Shown here: piece after piece, positions 27,180-36,993 of the stretch
Layout of the letters: every line of letters begins with the position of its first letter
How positions within the stretch are numbered: the first letter of the stretch is position 1
Source: Dehalococcoidia bacterium
GTDB taxonomy: Bacteria > Chloroflexota > Dehalococcoidia > Lucifugimonadales > CAUZJF01
Direction: 5' to 3'
NCBI GenBank assembly: GCA_965237635.1
Contig: CBDEFX010000002.1
Span: 978,554-1,042,553, forward strand
Length of the DNA stretch: 64,000 nt
Notes under the pieces: model-generated
The model's input: only the letters and a program-made list of their open reading frames with translations
Databases searched by the model: none
What the model was told of the DNA's origin: nothing
Position numbers and translations under genes: made by a program

Positions 27180-27779
27180 GTGCGCAAACAGGAGTCAATT
27201 TTGGGAAAGGTGCTGTCGGCTGGCGCAGGGGCCCGCGATGCGGCATCGGGGCTCCTACTATCTGCGGTGATCGCCCTAGTGGCGTCCTTCATGGCGCCAC
27301 TAGGGCAGCAAGCTCTGGCGAACGGCGACGGGGTAGAGATATACCGGGGCCGGGAGGGTGCGTACGAGGTGATCGTTAGTGTACAGCCGGACAGGCCGAC
27401 GGTCGGCACCATACATTTCACCGTCACGCCTTTGAACGCTGAGACATTGGTGCCGGTGGTCGATGCCGACATCGAGATAGTAGCGCACGACCCCCTGAAC
27501 AACCCTAGATTCAGAGTCCTAGCTCTGAATCCCCCTCTAGACCTCAACTACTATGATGCCAATGTCACAGTCGACTCGCCGGGCACATGGACGCTGATGG
27601 TGAGCGTCACAAGCGAGTTACTTGGGGAGGCGACGTTTATCGTGCCGGTGGATGTGGTCGAGCGGCCGCTTGCCCAAACCACGGCGGGCACCATTGTCTG
27701 GCTGGCCGTCCTGTCAACACTGGCGGCGGGGTCCGGATACGTGTGGCACCGGAGCCGCCGCTCTAGGAGTCTCGGTTAG
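27180..27779 (+). CDS. Secreted, C-terminally anchored YtkA/FixH-like protein
   Basis: N-terminal hydrophobic segment; YYDANVTVDSPGTWTLMVSV beta-sandwich pattern; C-terminal TM helix followed by RSRRSR. Confidence 0.65.
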   Translation: MRKQESILGKVLSAGAGARDAASGLLLSAVIALVASFMAPLGQQALANGDGVEIYRGREGAYEVIVSVQPDRPTVGTIHFTVTPLNAETLVPVVDADIEIVAHDPLNNPRFRVLALNPPLDLNYYDANVTVDSPGTWTLMVSVTSELLGEATFIVPVDVVERPLAQTTAGTIVWLAVLSTLAAGSGYVWHRSRRSRSLG

Positions 27780-27816
27780 TCGGGCCAACGACGGGGAAGC
27801 TCCACCACCCCAGACG

Positions 27817-27865
27817 CTTCGCCCCGAAGCGGGACTCAGGGAGACATCTCGAAAACCCGCACACG
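27817..27865 (+). repeat. Repeat family C (CTTCG..CCGA.GCGGGACTCAGGGAGACATCTCGAAAACCCGCACACG)
   Basis: Near-identical reverse-complement copy at 62457-62505; partial copy at about 32320-32355. Confidence 0.8.
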
Positions 27866-27939
27866 GGGTTAAGCAGGCAGCTATCCCATGGACCCCCCTA
27901 GCGTGCGACAAGTCGAAACACTCTGCCGGCAGGGGTGGG

Positions 27940-28182
27940 GCTTCGGTGGTATCCGGGAGGTCGTCCGCCTCGATCCTGAGCCCGGCCGAAGAGATAGTGG
28001 CGGGACCGGAGATGCTCTACTGGTGGCTGTTGCTGGAGACGTGGAACACGAAGGTTTACGCCGACAATCCGGCAGACCTCGACGCCCACGCTGCCATTCT
28101 TTGGTTCCACCGCGTGGATACGTGGCTGGCGGACAATGGCCAGCGGTTGGGCAAGGACCTCGCGCGCCAGGTGACGGGCTAG
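27940..28182 (+). pseudogene. Possible gene fragment (..MLYWWLLLETWNTKVYADNPADLDAHAAILWFHRV..)
   Basis: GC3-rich, coding-like stretch between REP elements; no clear start and no family recognised. Confidence 0.3.
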
Positions 28183-28282
28183 CTAATCAAAGGGGGGTCC
28201 CTCGATACGTCCCGATGGGGCATCGGGACTACTCGGGATAGGCGGGGTAGGGTAGGGTAGGGGTCAGGATCTCCCGCACTTG

Positions 28283-28639
28283 CTAGTCGGCGATCTCCTC
28301 GATCACAAGGGTGCCGTTCTCTTTGTGGTATGTCACCGATACGGGGAGCCCCTGCACCATGTGGTCTCTCAGGTGAGAGGGTGTAAGCCCTTTGAAGCCC
28401 CTGGCTACGAAATGCCAGACGACTCCCTCGGCGTCCTCCACTTCTAGGGAGTCTAGCTCCACGATCGACCCTGCCTCGACGTCGGTGACGAACCCCGTGA
28501 CGGTTTCGGCGGCCGAGGCCTGGGAGGTCGGCCCTCGATCATCCCCGCAGGCCGCAAGTGCCAGCACACTGAGGACGACGAGTGCACCCACCGCCGCGCG
28601 GCCGCAGTCATGCCTGTATGACAACCTGTAATGGCCCAT
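28283..28639 (-). CDS. Small lipoprotein with SHLRDHM motif (OB-fold-like)
   Basis: Lipobox LAAC; VTGFVTDV..TPSHLRDHMVQGLPVSVTY; start uncertain. Confidence 0.75.
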   Translation of the reverse strand: MGHYRLSYRHDCGRAAVGALVVLSVLALAACGDDRGPTSQASAAETVTGFVTDVEAGSIVELDSLEVEDAEGVVWHFVARGFKGLTPSHLRDHMVQGLPVSVTYHKENGTLVIEEIAD

Positions 28640-28897
28640 CAGAACGATGAGTCTACCATAGGCTCCGCTGCGCTGGGAGGCCTTGTGCACATGGGACCAT
28701 TCCTCCCCAGACCCTTCGCTCCGCTTAGGGAGACAAAGGGGGCGCTTCGTGCGCAAAGCTGCGGTCGCAGTAGCACTTGCCACGGGGTCTCAACTGTTGG
28801 AAAAGTCTTAGACAAATATTAATAACTGCCAAAAACCTGAACCGACTTCTGATTGACTGCGCTTTTGGCGGGTGGTTAAGGTAAAGGCCACGGGAGG

Positions 28898-31057
28898 TTG
28901 ACGATGTACAAACGGGGAATTCTCTCAGCATTGACCATCGGGATTTTCGCAGTCGCCGTGACGCAGCTGGCTTTGGCCCAGGGCGTATCGGCGGACTCAC
29001 AGGACTCGCGTCAGATGACTATCTTTCTGGTCGACGGTGCCGCCGTCAGGCATTCAGACCAGGGCGCCGACCGGACGAAGTCTCTCATTAGTCTTATTGC
29101 GACCCTTCAGAATGACCTGCCTATTATGTTCATCAGCACGGAAGAGCCGTGGCTTAAGCTGGGACCGTTTGTAGCGGAGGAGCCCGACTTCGAGAAGATG
29201 CGAGACGAGCTGGCTGCCAAGCTAGCAACTCCGCCTCCAGGGCAGGGCTGGGGAGTTCCGGAGGCCCTCGCCGAAGCGCACACCTTCATGAACCGAAGGC
29301 GGGCCGGTGTAGGCTCCAAGGTCTATCTTGTAACTGGAAGCTCTCCGGAGGCTGATTTCGATGGACTGTCGGAACTCCTCTCTGGATTAGTAAACCGTTT
29401 CGGCGAGATGGGTTGGCCGATCAATGGCGTCAGCCTGCCTGGCGGCTCCAGTGAGGTCATGGACTTCCTCGCACATGTGTCCGAGACGTCCGGCGGTCAG
29501 GCGTTTGAGCTTACCGTGTCCGACGGGTTCCGGGAGTTGGCCGATGCCTTGCTCTCTCAGGATGCGAGAGGCTCGTTGGCACCGGTAGGCCAACGCGTCT
29601 TGTCATCAAACGAGGTGTTTACCTCGGTGGTCCCCGTTGCACCAGGCACGGGCGAAACCACAGTGTTGATCTTCCGAGAGAGCCCTTACGGCTCGTTGAG
29701 GCTGAGCAACCCATCGGGCTTTGAGGCGTCAGCAGGCGACCGGACCGCATCGTCCGTGATAGAGACCCCCAATATGGTGATATGGACGCTGATAGACCCT
29801 GTGCCGGGAGGCTGGAGGGTCGACGCACGGGGCGCGGAGGGGCTTGTCTCTGCGTGGCAGTATTCCTCCAACAAGTACAACCTCGTCCTCAGGTCGGCTT
29901 CGCCGCTGCCTCTTGAAAAGCCGGCCATTCTTACGGGTTACGTGGAGGAAGGCGGCCAGCCGATCGCGCTGGAAGGGGTCCGACTATTCGCTAACGTCAC
30001 GACTCCAGAGGGCGTTATGTTAGCGCTCGAGATGAAAGACGACGGGACTCAGGGGGATGCGACGGCCGGCGACGGCCACTTCTCTCTGATATTGTCGCCA
30101 CTGCGGGTCCAGGGGGAGTACGGTGTTGAGCTTGAGGCGTCCTGGTCGGATCACGACCATAGAATCTCTGCTCCGGCCTCATTCGAGGCACGTGCCTATC
30201 CGGCGGTCGAGGTCCTGCCGGTCCAACTCAAGGACATCGAGCCGGGCGAGAGGACTCAGGTCGCGAAGGTCCTCGTGCACGTGCAAGGTGAGCCGTATCC
30301 CGTAACTGTCGGCCAGCTGACTGCCTCGCTCAGGTCCCCGGGGGATGAGGAAGGCACACTTGAGCTCGTGCCTCAGCGATTGTTTGACGACGGTCCGGCT
30401 TCGGAGTACGAGGTGTTCTTCACGGCCCCCGCTTACGGACACTACACCCAGGTATTCAATCTCAGCCTGGAGTATGCTGGCCGGCCGTTCAACTTTACGT
30501 CTGACTCATTCATACTCTCGTCGGTGGCACCACCTGCTCTGGTCCAGCCGGTGGTCGAGCCGGTCCCCGTCGCTCCGGCGGCACCCGCACCGGCGCCGCA
30601 GTCGCAACTCGTACCTTTGCCGCCGCCGCTTGAGCCGGAAGCGTCGGGATTCCCCTGGTTGGTGGCGTTCTCTGTCCTGATGGTGGGTGGCGTACTAGCC
30701 GTGGCCGGCTACGTCGCCACCGGCACTCGTCCTCATGGGTATATCTACGATGACGGCGCCGAGCCGCTGGTCGACTTCGGGAAACTGAAGCGGCATCCAG
30801 TCCTGGCCCTGCTGTTCAGGGGCTCAGTGCGCGGCAAGGAGCTGAGGATCCCGGGGTTCGAAGGAGTGGTGTTCAGTTTTTCAAGGGGCAAGATAAAGCT
30901 GCGCAGCCTTGGAAAGCAGCCGACCGTTCGTGTCAACAATCACCCGCTGATCGGGGACGCTACGCTGGAGGACCGGACCTGGATCGGCGCGCGGGGCAAG
31001 CTATTCACGTTCATGCTTTCGCCCGCGCCTGCTGAGGGGGGCGCCGGGGCGGATTAG
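28898..31057 (+). CDS. Membrane-anchored VWA-like / choice-of-anchor-X protein with cytoplasmic FHA-like tail
   Basis: Signal peptide; IFLVDG and VYLVTG VWA-like strands; MKDDGTQGDATAGDGHFS motif; Pro-rich linker; TM helix; terminal beta domain VRVNNHPL..LEDRTWIG. Confidence 0.75.
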   Translation: MTMYKRGILSALTIGIFAVAVTQLALAQGVSADSQDSRQMTIFLVDGAAVRHSDQGADRTKSLISLIATLQNDLPIMFISTEEPWLKLGPFVAEEPDFEKMRDELAAKLATPPPGQGWGVPEALAEAHTFMNRRRAGVGSKVYLVTGSSPEADFDGLSELLSGLVNRFGEMGWPINGVSLPGGSSEVMDFLAHVSETSGGQAFELTVSDGFRELADALLSQDARGSLAPVGQRVLSSNEVFTSVVPVAPGTGETTVLIFRESPYGSLRLSNPSGFEASAGDRTASSVIETPNMVIWTLIDPVPGGWRVDARGAEGLVSAWQYSSNKYNLVLRSASPLPLEKPAILTGYVEEGGQPIALEGVRLFANVTTPEGVMLALEMKDDGTQGDATAGDGHFSLILSPLRVQGEYGVELEASWSDHDHRISAPASFEARAYPAVEVLPVQLKDIEPGERTQVAKVLVHVQGEPYPVTVGQLTASLRSPGDEEGTLELVPQRLFDDGPASEYEVFFTAPAYGHYTQVFNLSLEYAGRPFNFTSDSFILSSVAPPALVQPVVEPVPVAPAAPAPAPQSQLVPLPPPLEPEASGFPWLVAFSVLMVGGVLAVAGYVATGTRPHGYIYDDGAEPLVDFGKLKRHPVLALLFRGSVRGKELRIPGFEGVVFSFSRGKIKLRSLGKQPTVRVNNHPLIGDATLEDRTWIGARGKLFTFMLSPAPAEGGAGAD

Positions 31058-31219
31058 CTCGCTTCGAAACAGGCTGCGGCCGGGCGTATCACCCTCACCT
31101 TAATCCTCTCCCATCAAGGGAGAGGAGGGAGGCGACCCGGTCGCGCGATGACAGTCTGAGAGACGCCCAGCGGGGCGTCTCTACACGGGCGGGGGCATCG
31201 TGTTTGGTGAAGACCGCGC

Positions 31220-32029
31220 CTACTCGCCTTCCTCGATCGTGATCGTTCTCATTGCGTCTCCAGGCTCGGTGGACGTGTCCGGGTTTCTGAGCGAGATGCT
31301 GGTGACGACGTCCATGCCGTCGATCACTCTTCCGAACACCGTGTGACAGGACGTCCCGGGCCGGGAGCAGTCTTTCAGAGAGCCGTCGGAGTTGACGCCG
31401 TCGAGACCGGCGGCTGGCACGAAGGTTATGAAGAACTGGCTCCCGTTGGTGCCGCGGCCGTTCCTTAACCCCGCGTTTGCCATCGACAGCACTCCAGGCC
31501 CGTCGTGCCGCCTCTTCGGGCTCGGCTCGTTGTCGAAGGTGTAGCCCGGCCCGCCGGTACCGGTGCCCGTGGGATCGCCGCCCTGGGCCATGAAGCCCTC
31601 GAGTACGCGGTGGAAGGTCACCCCGTCGTAGTATCCATCCCTCGCGAGGAAGACGAAGCTGTTTACCGTCGTCGGCGCCTCCTGTGGGAACAGCTGGATG
31701 ACGATCTCGCTGCCCTTCTCCAGATGGATCGTTGCCTTGTAGTCTTTTCGGGGGTTGATCGTCAGAGGCGGCGGAGCGGAGTACTGTTTAGGCTTCACTG
31801 AGGCCTCCGGTAGTTGGGGTAGGGTTGCCGACCCAAGCTCCCGGGCCGGAGCCGGCGCGGGTGGGGCGGCCGGTGCCTGCGGAACAGGCCGCTGGCGTTC
31901 GGTGGGAGTCGGTGGAAGGCTCGAGGTCGGGACTGGCGTGGGCTCCTCTTCGGAGCCGCACGCGAGTGCAGAGAGCACTATGGCGGCGGACATGAAAGTC
32001 AGCAGATTGCGGAAGTGTCTGGCGAGCAT
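31220..32029 (-). CDS. Cyclophilin-type peptidyl-prolyl isomerase lipoprotein
   Basis: YYDGVTFHRVLEGFMAQGGDPTGTGTGGPGY, LSMANAG, NGSQFFIT, HTVFGRV; lipobox ALAC. Confidence 0.95.
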   Translation of the reverse strand: MLARHFRNLLTFMSAAIVLSALACGSEEEPTPVPTSSLPPTPTERQRPVPQAPAAPPAPAPARELGSATLPQLPEASVKPKQYSAPPPLTINPRKDYKATIHLEKGSEIVIQLFPQEAPTTVNSFVFLARDGYYDGVTFHRVLEGFMAQGGDPTGTGTGGPGYTFDNEPSPKRRHDGPGVLSMANAGLRNGRGTNGSQFFITFVPAAGLDGVNSDGSLKDCSRPGTSCHTVFGRVIDGMDVVTSISLRNPDTSTEPGDAMRTITIEEGE

Positions 32030-32390
32030 GGCCGTGTCGGACCTACCTTTCTAGAGGGTGGTCGGCGTGTGCTTGGATCTTAGGGGCGACCCACATTCTA
32101 CATACAAATCGCTGCTCGTGCCATAGGCAGGCTTTCGACAAGCTCCGACTTCGGCAAGCTCAGTGCAGGCTTCGACCATACTCTAGGACAGGCCCCTCGA
32201 TACGTCCCGATGCCGAATCGGGACTACTCGGGGTGGACGGAGAGTGTGGTCTCTGCCGGTTCGTGGTAAGCCCTTTGGGTGGTGAAGGTGGAACAAGGGA
32301 CCACACCTCTCCAGGCTCTTCGTTCCGATGCCGAATCGGGGACTCAGGGAGACAAATTGGAGGCGACTCGTGCAAAGCCGACGCAACCTC

Positions 32391-34769
32391 CTAGATCCCC
32401 AGGGCGCCGAAGCAGGCCGCCATTATGCTGCCGGAGTCGATCTCGTACTCACGGTAGAGCTCGTCGGGGTTGCCTGACTGGCCGAACCTAGTCACGCCCA
32501 GCGGGTAGGTTGCTGTGTTGAGCGCGCCGCCGATCCAGGCCAACGAGTGTGGGTGCCCATCGATGACCGTGACGACGGGGGCGTTGCGCTCGGCGACGGG
32601 TATGACGTCGTCCATGAAGGGCGACGCTCTGGACTGCCCTCTAAGGTTGGCCTGCACGGTCTCCTGGAATCTTCTGTAGAGCGGACCTGGGCCTGTGGCG
32701 TTCACCACGTTCGCGAAGACGCCCTCCTCCATCAGGAGCCGGCTGGCCTCGATGGCCTCGGGGACGACCACCCCGCTGGCAACGATGTGGACCACGTTCG
32801 AGCCGGGACGGTAGCCGGGCTCGCGGCTGCGGTCGACCTGCTTGTACGCGCCGTCGATCACCTGCCGGCGCAGACGCTCGAGGGCCGCCGGGTCTGTGGG
32901 AGGCTTGAACAGGTCCTGGTTGACCCGCATCGTGGTCAGTCTCAGGTACGCGCTCTCCTCGCGAAGGCGGACCTTGTCCAGGGCCGACAGGATGATCCAC
33001 TCGAGCTCCTGGCCGAAGCAGGGCTGGTAGAAGGAGATGTCCGGCAGCTCCACGCCGATAGAGGGCGTCACCAGGGACTGGTGTGAGCCGCCTTCCGGGC
33101 CGAGGGTGACCCCTGATGGGGTCCCGACCACTATGAACCGCGCCCCGGCGTTGACGCTGTAGACGTACGCGTCCAGGCCCCGACGCACGAATGGGTCGTA
33201 GAGCGTGCCGATCGGGAACAGCAGCTCGCCGTTCATCTCATGGGAGAGCCCCAGCTGGCCCAGGCACAGGAACAGGTTGTTCTCCGATATCCCTAGCTCG
33301 ATGTGTTGGCCGCGGTCGGACTCGGTCCATTGCAGGGCCCTGATGCCGTCCTCTTCGGGCATCGACTCGTTCTCTCTTTTACCCCATACGCCGGCCTTGT
33401 TGATCCAACCTCCCAGATTGGTCGAGCTGGCGACGTCCGGGCTCACGGTCACCAGTCTCTCAGCGACGTCGGGAGCGTTGCGCGAGATGTCGGTGAGGAC
33501 GAGGCCGAAGATCTGCTGGGTCGACATCTTGCCCTGGTAGGTGCGGCCGAACCCATGGGGGATGTCCATCTCAGGCGGCGGGACTCGCTGGTCTTTGCTG
33601 AGCTGCAGCCGGTAGCCGGCATCCAGGCATAGCCTTCCAGCCGCGGAGTCGGACGGCAACCTGGACGACATCTCTTCGGTCGAGATGCCAAGGTCGGCCC
33701 TAAACTCCTCCATCTGCTCGCTATTCATGTTTACCGAATGGTTCTGCGCGTCCCCGACCGAGGGCAGCATCCAGCCCTTCAGGGTGTAGGCGAACATTAC
33801 GTTTGGCCCGGTCGTGTCCACCTGGTCGAACGCCTCGGCGAGCACCTCGAAATCGTGTCCACCCAGGTTGTGGAACAAGGCCCTGAGCTCGCTATCGTCC
33901 CATTGGGAGATGAACTGGGCCATGTCGTCCGGCAAGCGGCTGGCGCGCGGGAGCCATTCTCTTAAGGTGGGCCCGTCCACCCGGACCAACCGCTGGTACA
34001 GGTCGTTGGACATCTCGTCGATGCACTCGCGCAGCAGGTCGCCCTTCGGCTCCGCGTAGGCGGCCTGAAGCTTCTTTCCGTACTTGGCGTCGATGACCTT
34101 CCAGCCGTTTGCGCGGAACATCTGTCGCCAGACCTCCACACGGATGCCTGGAATTATTCGGTCGAGGCTCTGGCGGTTCAGGTCGATTATCCACAGGACG
34201 TTCTTGATGTCGGTAAGGGCAGGCTCGGCGATCGCCTCCCAGACGACACCCTCGTCCAGCTCCGCGTCACCGAGGAGGCTGATGTAGCGACGGTCGATCC
34301 CGCTGTCCGGCTGCGTATGGCTGCGGACGTACTCTTCCGTCAGCCATGCGAAGTTGGGGGCCACCGCGCCCAGCCCGACCGAACCGGTCGAAAAGTCGAC
34401 GCCGTCCGGGTCTTTGGTCCGGCTCGGATACGCTTGCAGGCCGTGGAAGCCCCTGAGCGCCTTCAGATACTCGGCGTCGAGGTTCCCGAGGAGGTACTGA
34501 ATGGCATGGAACACAGGCGAGGAGTGAGGCTTGATCGATATCCGGTCTCCGGCCTTCATGAACTCGAAATACAGGTAGGTCAGGATCGTGACGACGGAAG
34601 CACTGGAGGCCTGGTGGCCTCCGACCTTAAGGCCAGTGGGATTGGGGCGGCCGTGGTTGGCGTAGTCCACCATGTAGACGGACAGCCATAGCACGCGCTT
34701 TTGGACCTCGTCGAGTATCTTGTACCGCTCGGTGGCGGCGTCGACGCCAGCTACAACGTCGGTTGCCAT
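32391..34769 (-). CDS. TPP-dependent pyruvate dehydrogenase E1-like (AceE/transketolase-type) enzyme
   Basis: KVGGHQASSAS, YPSRTKDPDGVDFSTGSVGLG, GDAELDEG TPP motif, LGISENN, EGGSHQS. Confidence 0.9.
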   Translation of the reverse strand: MATDVVAGVDAATERYKILDEVQKRVLWLSVYMVDYANHGRPNPTGLKVGGHQASSASVVTILTYLYFEFMKAGDRISIKPHSSPVFHAIQYLLGNLDAEYLKALRGFHGLQAYPSRTKDPDGVDFSTGSVGLGAVAPNFAWLTEEYVRSHTQPDSGIDRRYISLLGDAELDEGVVWEAIAEPALTDIKNVLWIIDLNRQSLDRIIPGIRVEVWRQMFRANGWKVIDAKYGKKLQAAYAEPKGDLLRECIDEMSNDLYQRLVRVDGPTLREWLPRASRLPDDMAQFISQWDDSELRALFHNLGGHDFEVLAEAFDQVDTTGPNVMFAYTLKGWMLPSVGDAQNHSVNMNSEQMEEFRADLGISTEEMSSRLPSDSAAGRLCLDAGYRLQLSKDQRVPPPEMDIPHGFGRTYQGKMSTQQIFGLVLTDISRNAPDVAERLVTVSPDVASSTNLGGWINKAGVWGKRENESMPEEDGIRALQWTESDRGQHIELGISENNLFLCLGQLGLSHEMNGELLFPIGTLYDPFVRRGLDAYVYSVNAGARFIVVGTPSGVTLGPEGGSHQSLVTPSIGVELPDISFYQPCFGQELEWIILSALDKVRLREESAYLRLTTMRVNQDLFKPPTDPAALERLRRQVIDGAYKQVDRSREPGYRPGSNVVHIVASGVVVPEAIEASRLLMEEGVFANVVNATGPGPLYRRFQETVQANLRGQSRASPFMDDVIPVAERNAPVVTVIDGHPHSLAWIGGALNTATYPLGVTRFGQSGNPDELYREYEIDSGSIMAACFGALGI

Positions 34770-34870
34770 ACAGTCCTCCGGAATCGCAGGGCTTCTTAGG
34801 CCGAGAAACGGGGCCCGGCGGGCGCTTCGGAATAGTATAGCACCGGCGCTCGATCAGGTGAGTCGCGACA

Positions 34871-35019
34871 TTTGAAAAAGTGTCTCATTCTGTCTCATTG
34901 TGTCCCATTTAGCTAGGGGGAGGTGGGACACCTCGGGACACTCTGGGCAAAAAAATGGGACAGACTCGGGGGGTCCGTCCCTCATGACAAAGTATAGCAC
35001 ACTTGTTCGGGGACTTCCA
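34871..35019 (-). repeat. Dispersed promoter-hairpin-decamer module, copy 2
   Basis: Decamers GTGTCTCATT/CTGTCTCATT/GTGTCCCATT, AAATGGGACAG hairpin, AGTATAGCAC-ACTT-GTTCG. Confidence 0.8.
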
Positions 35020-35181
35020 GGGTCTACTTGGTCCACTCACGGTCATTCTAAAAGGTCCTGTTTGACATCCCTCAGGGTAATCGGATGTGTGAAGTCCGTT
35101 CGCGGTGAGCGGACTTCGACCTCGCTCAGGACTGGCCGTCGGAGCGCGGGCGAACGAAAAGGGGCACGGCATGCCGTGCCC

Positions 35182-35288
35182 CTACGGGGCCTCGGCGCCC
35201 AGGTAGGGAGCCGCCTAGCCGAGGCCGTCGACGGTGGTGGTAAGCGGTTGTACTTGCAGCCCACCCAGCCGTCGTAGCCCATCTTGTC
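35182..35288 (-). pseudogene. 3' fragment of a hydroxypyruvate isomerase (Hyi)-like gene
   Basis: DKMGYDGWVGCKY, then after a frameshift PLTTTVDGLG*AAPYLG; resembles the Hyi C-terminus GWVGCEYKP..T..GL.W with TGG changed to TAG. Confidence 0.65.
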
Positions 35289-35289
35289 G

Positions 35290-35577
35290 CTAATGCGGCG
35301 TAGAATGGACTCGACGAAGGTTATTCCAGACGAGCAAGAGAGAGCGCAAATCATCTGAGTTATGGTCTAGGATTTCTCGCTTCGCGGTCACATCCCTTTT
35401 GAAGAGGTACTGGCGGTATCTGTGGGGGATCTCAATGCTGCCCATGTCGGGGTGGGTTCTGGCAAATCCGGAGAACATGGCCACATCTTTCAGGCCGAGG
35501 CCCGCTATCGGCAAGCGGAAGTTGTCCCTGGCGAATGCGAGCAGGTCAACATGTCGGGAGCGCAGTTTATCAGGAGG
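35290..35577 (-). pseudogene. C-terminal fragment of an RNase H-like (RNase_H_2/YprB-type) protein, truncated at IS256
   Basis: HVDLLAFARDNFRLPIAGLGLKDVA..EILDHNSDDLRSL; the frame stops at the IS boundary. Confidence 0.7.
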
Positions 35578-35588
35578 TTACGTTAATA

Positions 35589-36926
35589 GGTGTGTAAACG
35601 ACATCAGGCGGCGACCTTCTCAGCCGTTGATTCAATGGCGATTCCATCCGCATACTGTGCACCGAGATAGACGTCTTCGATCAACTCAGGGGCCTTCAGA
35701 CGCCTGAAGCGCTGTTCGGCGACCATCAACCTTTTCCAGATCACCGCTATCGCCCGATCGACCCTCTTGTAGCGCTTGGCGGCATCGGTCCGAAGCCTGA
35801 GGGCCGCGAAGGGTGATTCTACCGGGTTCGTCGTGCGAAGGTGCCCCCAGTGTTCCTTTGGGAAGTCATAGAAGGTGACCATGCGGTCCCAGTCCCGCTC
35901 CAAGGCCTCTGAGGCCGCCTCGTAGGAATGGTCGCCGCACCACCTGGTGAACACCGTCCTGAGCCGCTCAGCCTCTGTCCGAGTCGGCGCGTAGGGGATA
36001 GTACGCAGCATGAGCTTGGCCTGGTCCTGTTGTCGCTTTGGAAGCTTGGCGAGCACGTTTAGGATCTTGTGGTTCCAGCAGCGTTGCTCGGCCGCCTGCG
36101 GATAGACGTTGCGCAGAGCTCCCCAGATGCCCAGGTGTCCATCTCCAACCACCAGCCTCGGGCAGCTCAAGCCCCGGCGCTTGATGTCCCTGAGCACATC
36201 GGACCAGCTCTCTATGGACTCCCTGTATCCGGGAATCGCGCTCACCACCACCTTCCTTCCGTCGCTCAGGGCCGCCATCACCACCAGGATCGCCGCCTTC
36301 TCCCGCTCAAGACCGGCCTTGACGTAGACTCCATCCACCCACATGTACACCACTTCCAGGTCATCCAGGGGCCTAGCGCGCCATTGGGCAAGCTCATCGT
36401 TCCACTTATCCTTCAACCGGGCTACCGTGCTCGCCGATATCGGTGCCTCTTCTCCCAGCAGTCCCCGCACCGCCAGGTCGAAGTCACCTTCGGAAAGGCC
36501 ATGTAGGTACAACTGGGGGATCAGCTCAGCAACCTTCCTGGTCCTGTTGACGAACAGCGGCAGCAGCCGGCTCTCGAACTCCTCTTCGGTGTTGCGGACT
36601 CGTGGCCTCCTCAGCTGTACCGTTCCCGAACTCAGCGTAAGCCTTCGGGGTTTGCCGTATCCGTTCCTATAGCCTCTCTCGTTGTCCGACTCAGACCTGC
36701 GGGCCGACTTCGCCCTTCCTAGAAACTCCGTCACCTCTTCCTCCAGCAACTCCTGGATCAGCCGCTGGACATGGCCTCGCACCCAATCCTCCAACTGCTC
36801 CCACTCCGGCCTTGACTCCGACCTGCTCTCAGTACTTTCCTTCCTCATGGGCGGTGTATCTCCTCTCTTGGGCCTCGAGCCCGTGTTGTTCAGAGAGAGG
36901 GTACACCGCCTGACCGTTTACACACT
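35589..36926 (-). mobile_element. IS256-family element
   Basis: Inverted ends (G/A)GTGTGTAAACG..TCAGGCGG at 35589 and 36926; no clear target duplication. Confidence 0.85.
35604..36848 (-). CDS. IS256-family transposase
   Basis: YRNGYGKPR, YMWVDGVY, VVGDGHLG, QRCWNHK, LRTTNPVES. Confidence 0.95.
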   Translation of the reverse strand: MRKESTESRSESRPEWEQLEDWVRGHVQRLIQELLEEEVTEFLGRAKSARRSESDNERGYRNGYGKPRRLTLSSGTVQLRRPRVRNTEEEFESRLLPLFVNRTRKVAELIPQLYLHGLSEGDFDLAVRGLLGEEAPISASTVARLKDKWNDELAQWRARPLDDLEVVYMWVDGVYVKAGLEREKAAILVVMAALSDGRKVVVSAIPGYRESIESWSDVLRDIKRRGLSCPRLVVGDGHLGIWGALRNVYPQAAEQRCWNHKILNVLAKLPKRQQDQAKLMLRTIPYAPTRTEAERLRTVFTRWCGDHSYEAASEALERDWDRMVTFYDFPKEHWGHLRTTNPVESPFAALRLRTDAAKRYKRVDRAIAVIWKRLMVAEQRFRRLKAPELIEDVYLGAQYADGIAIESTAEKVAA

Positions 36927-36993
36927 TTTTGAGGATACCTCGTCATGCGATGCATTGATCATAGGTTGATCCCTCTCATTTAGGGCTTCCTAA

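Noticed and set aside
35574-36938. GAGGTTAC/GAGGATAC as the IS256 target duplication
   Set aside because: It would make the two element ends asymmetric relative to the inverted repeats; likely chance similarity.
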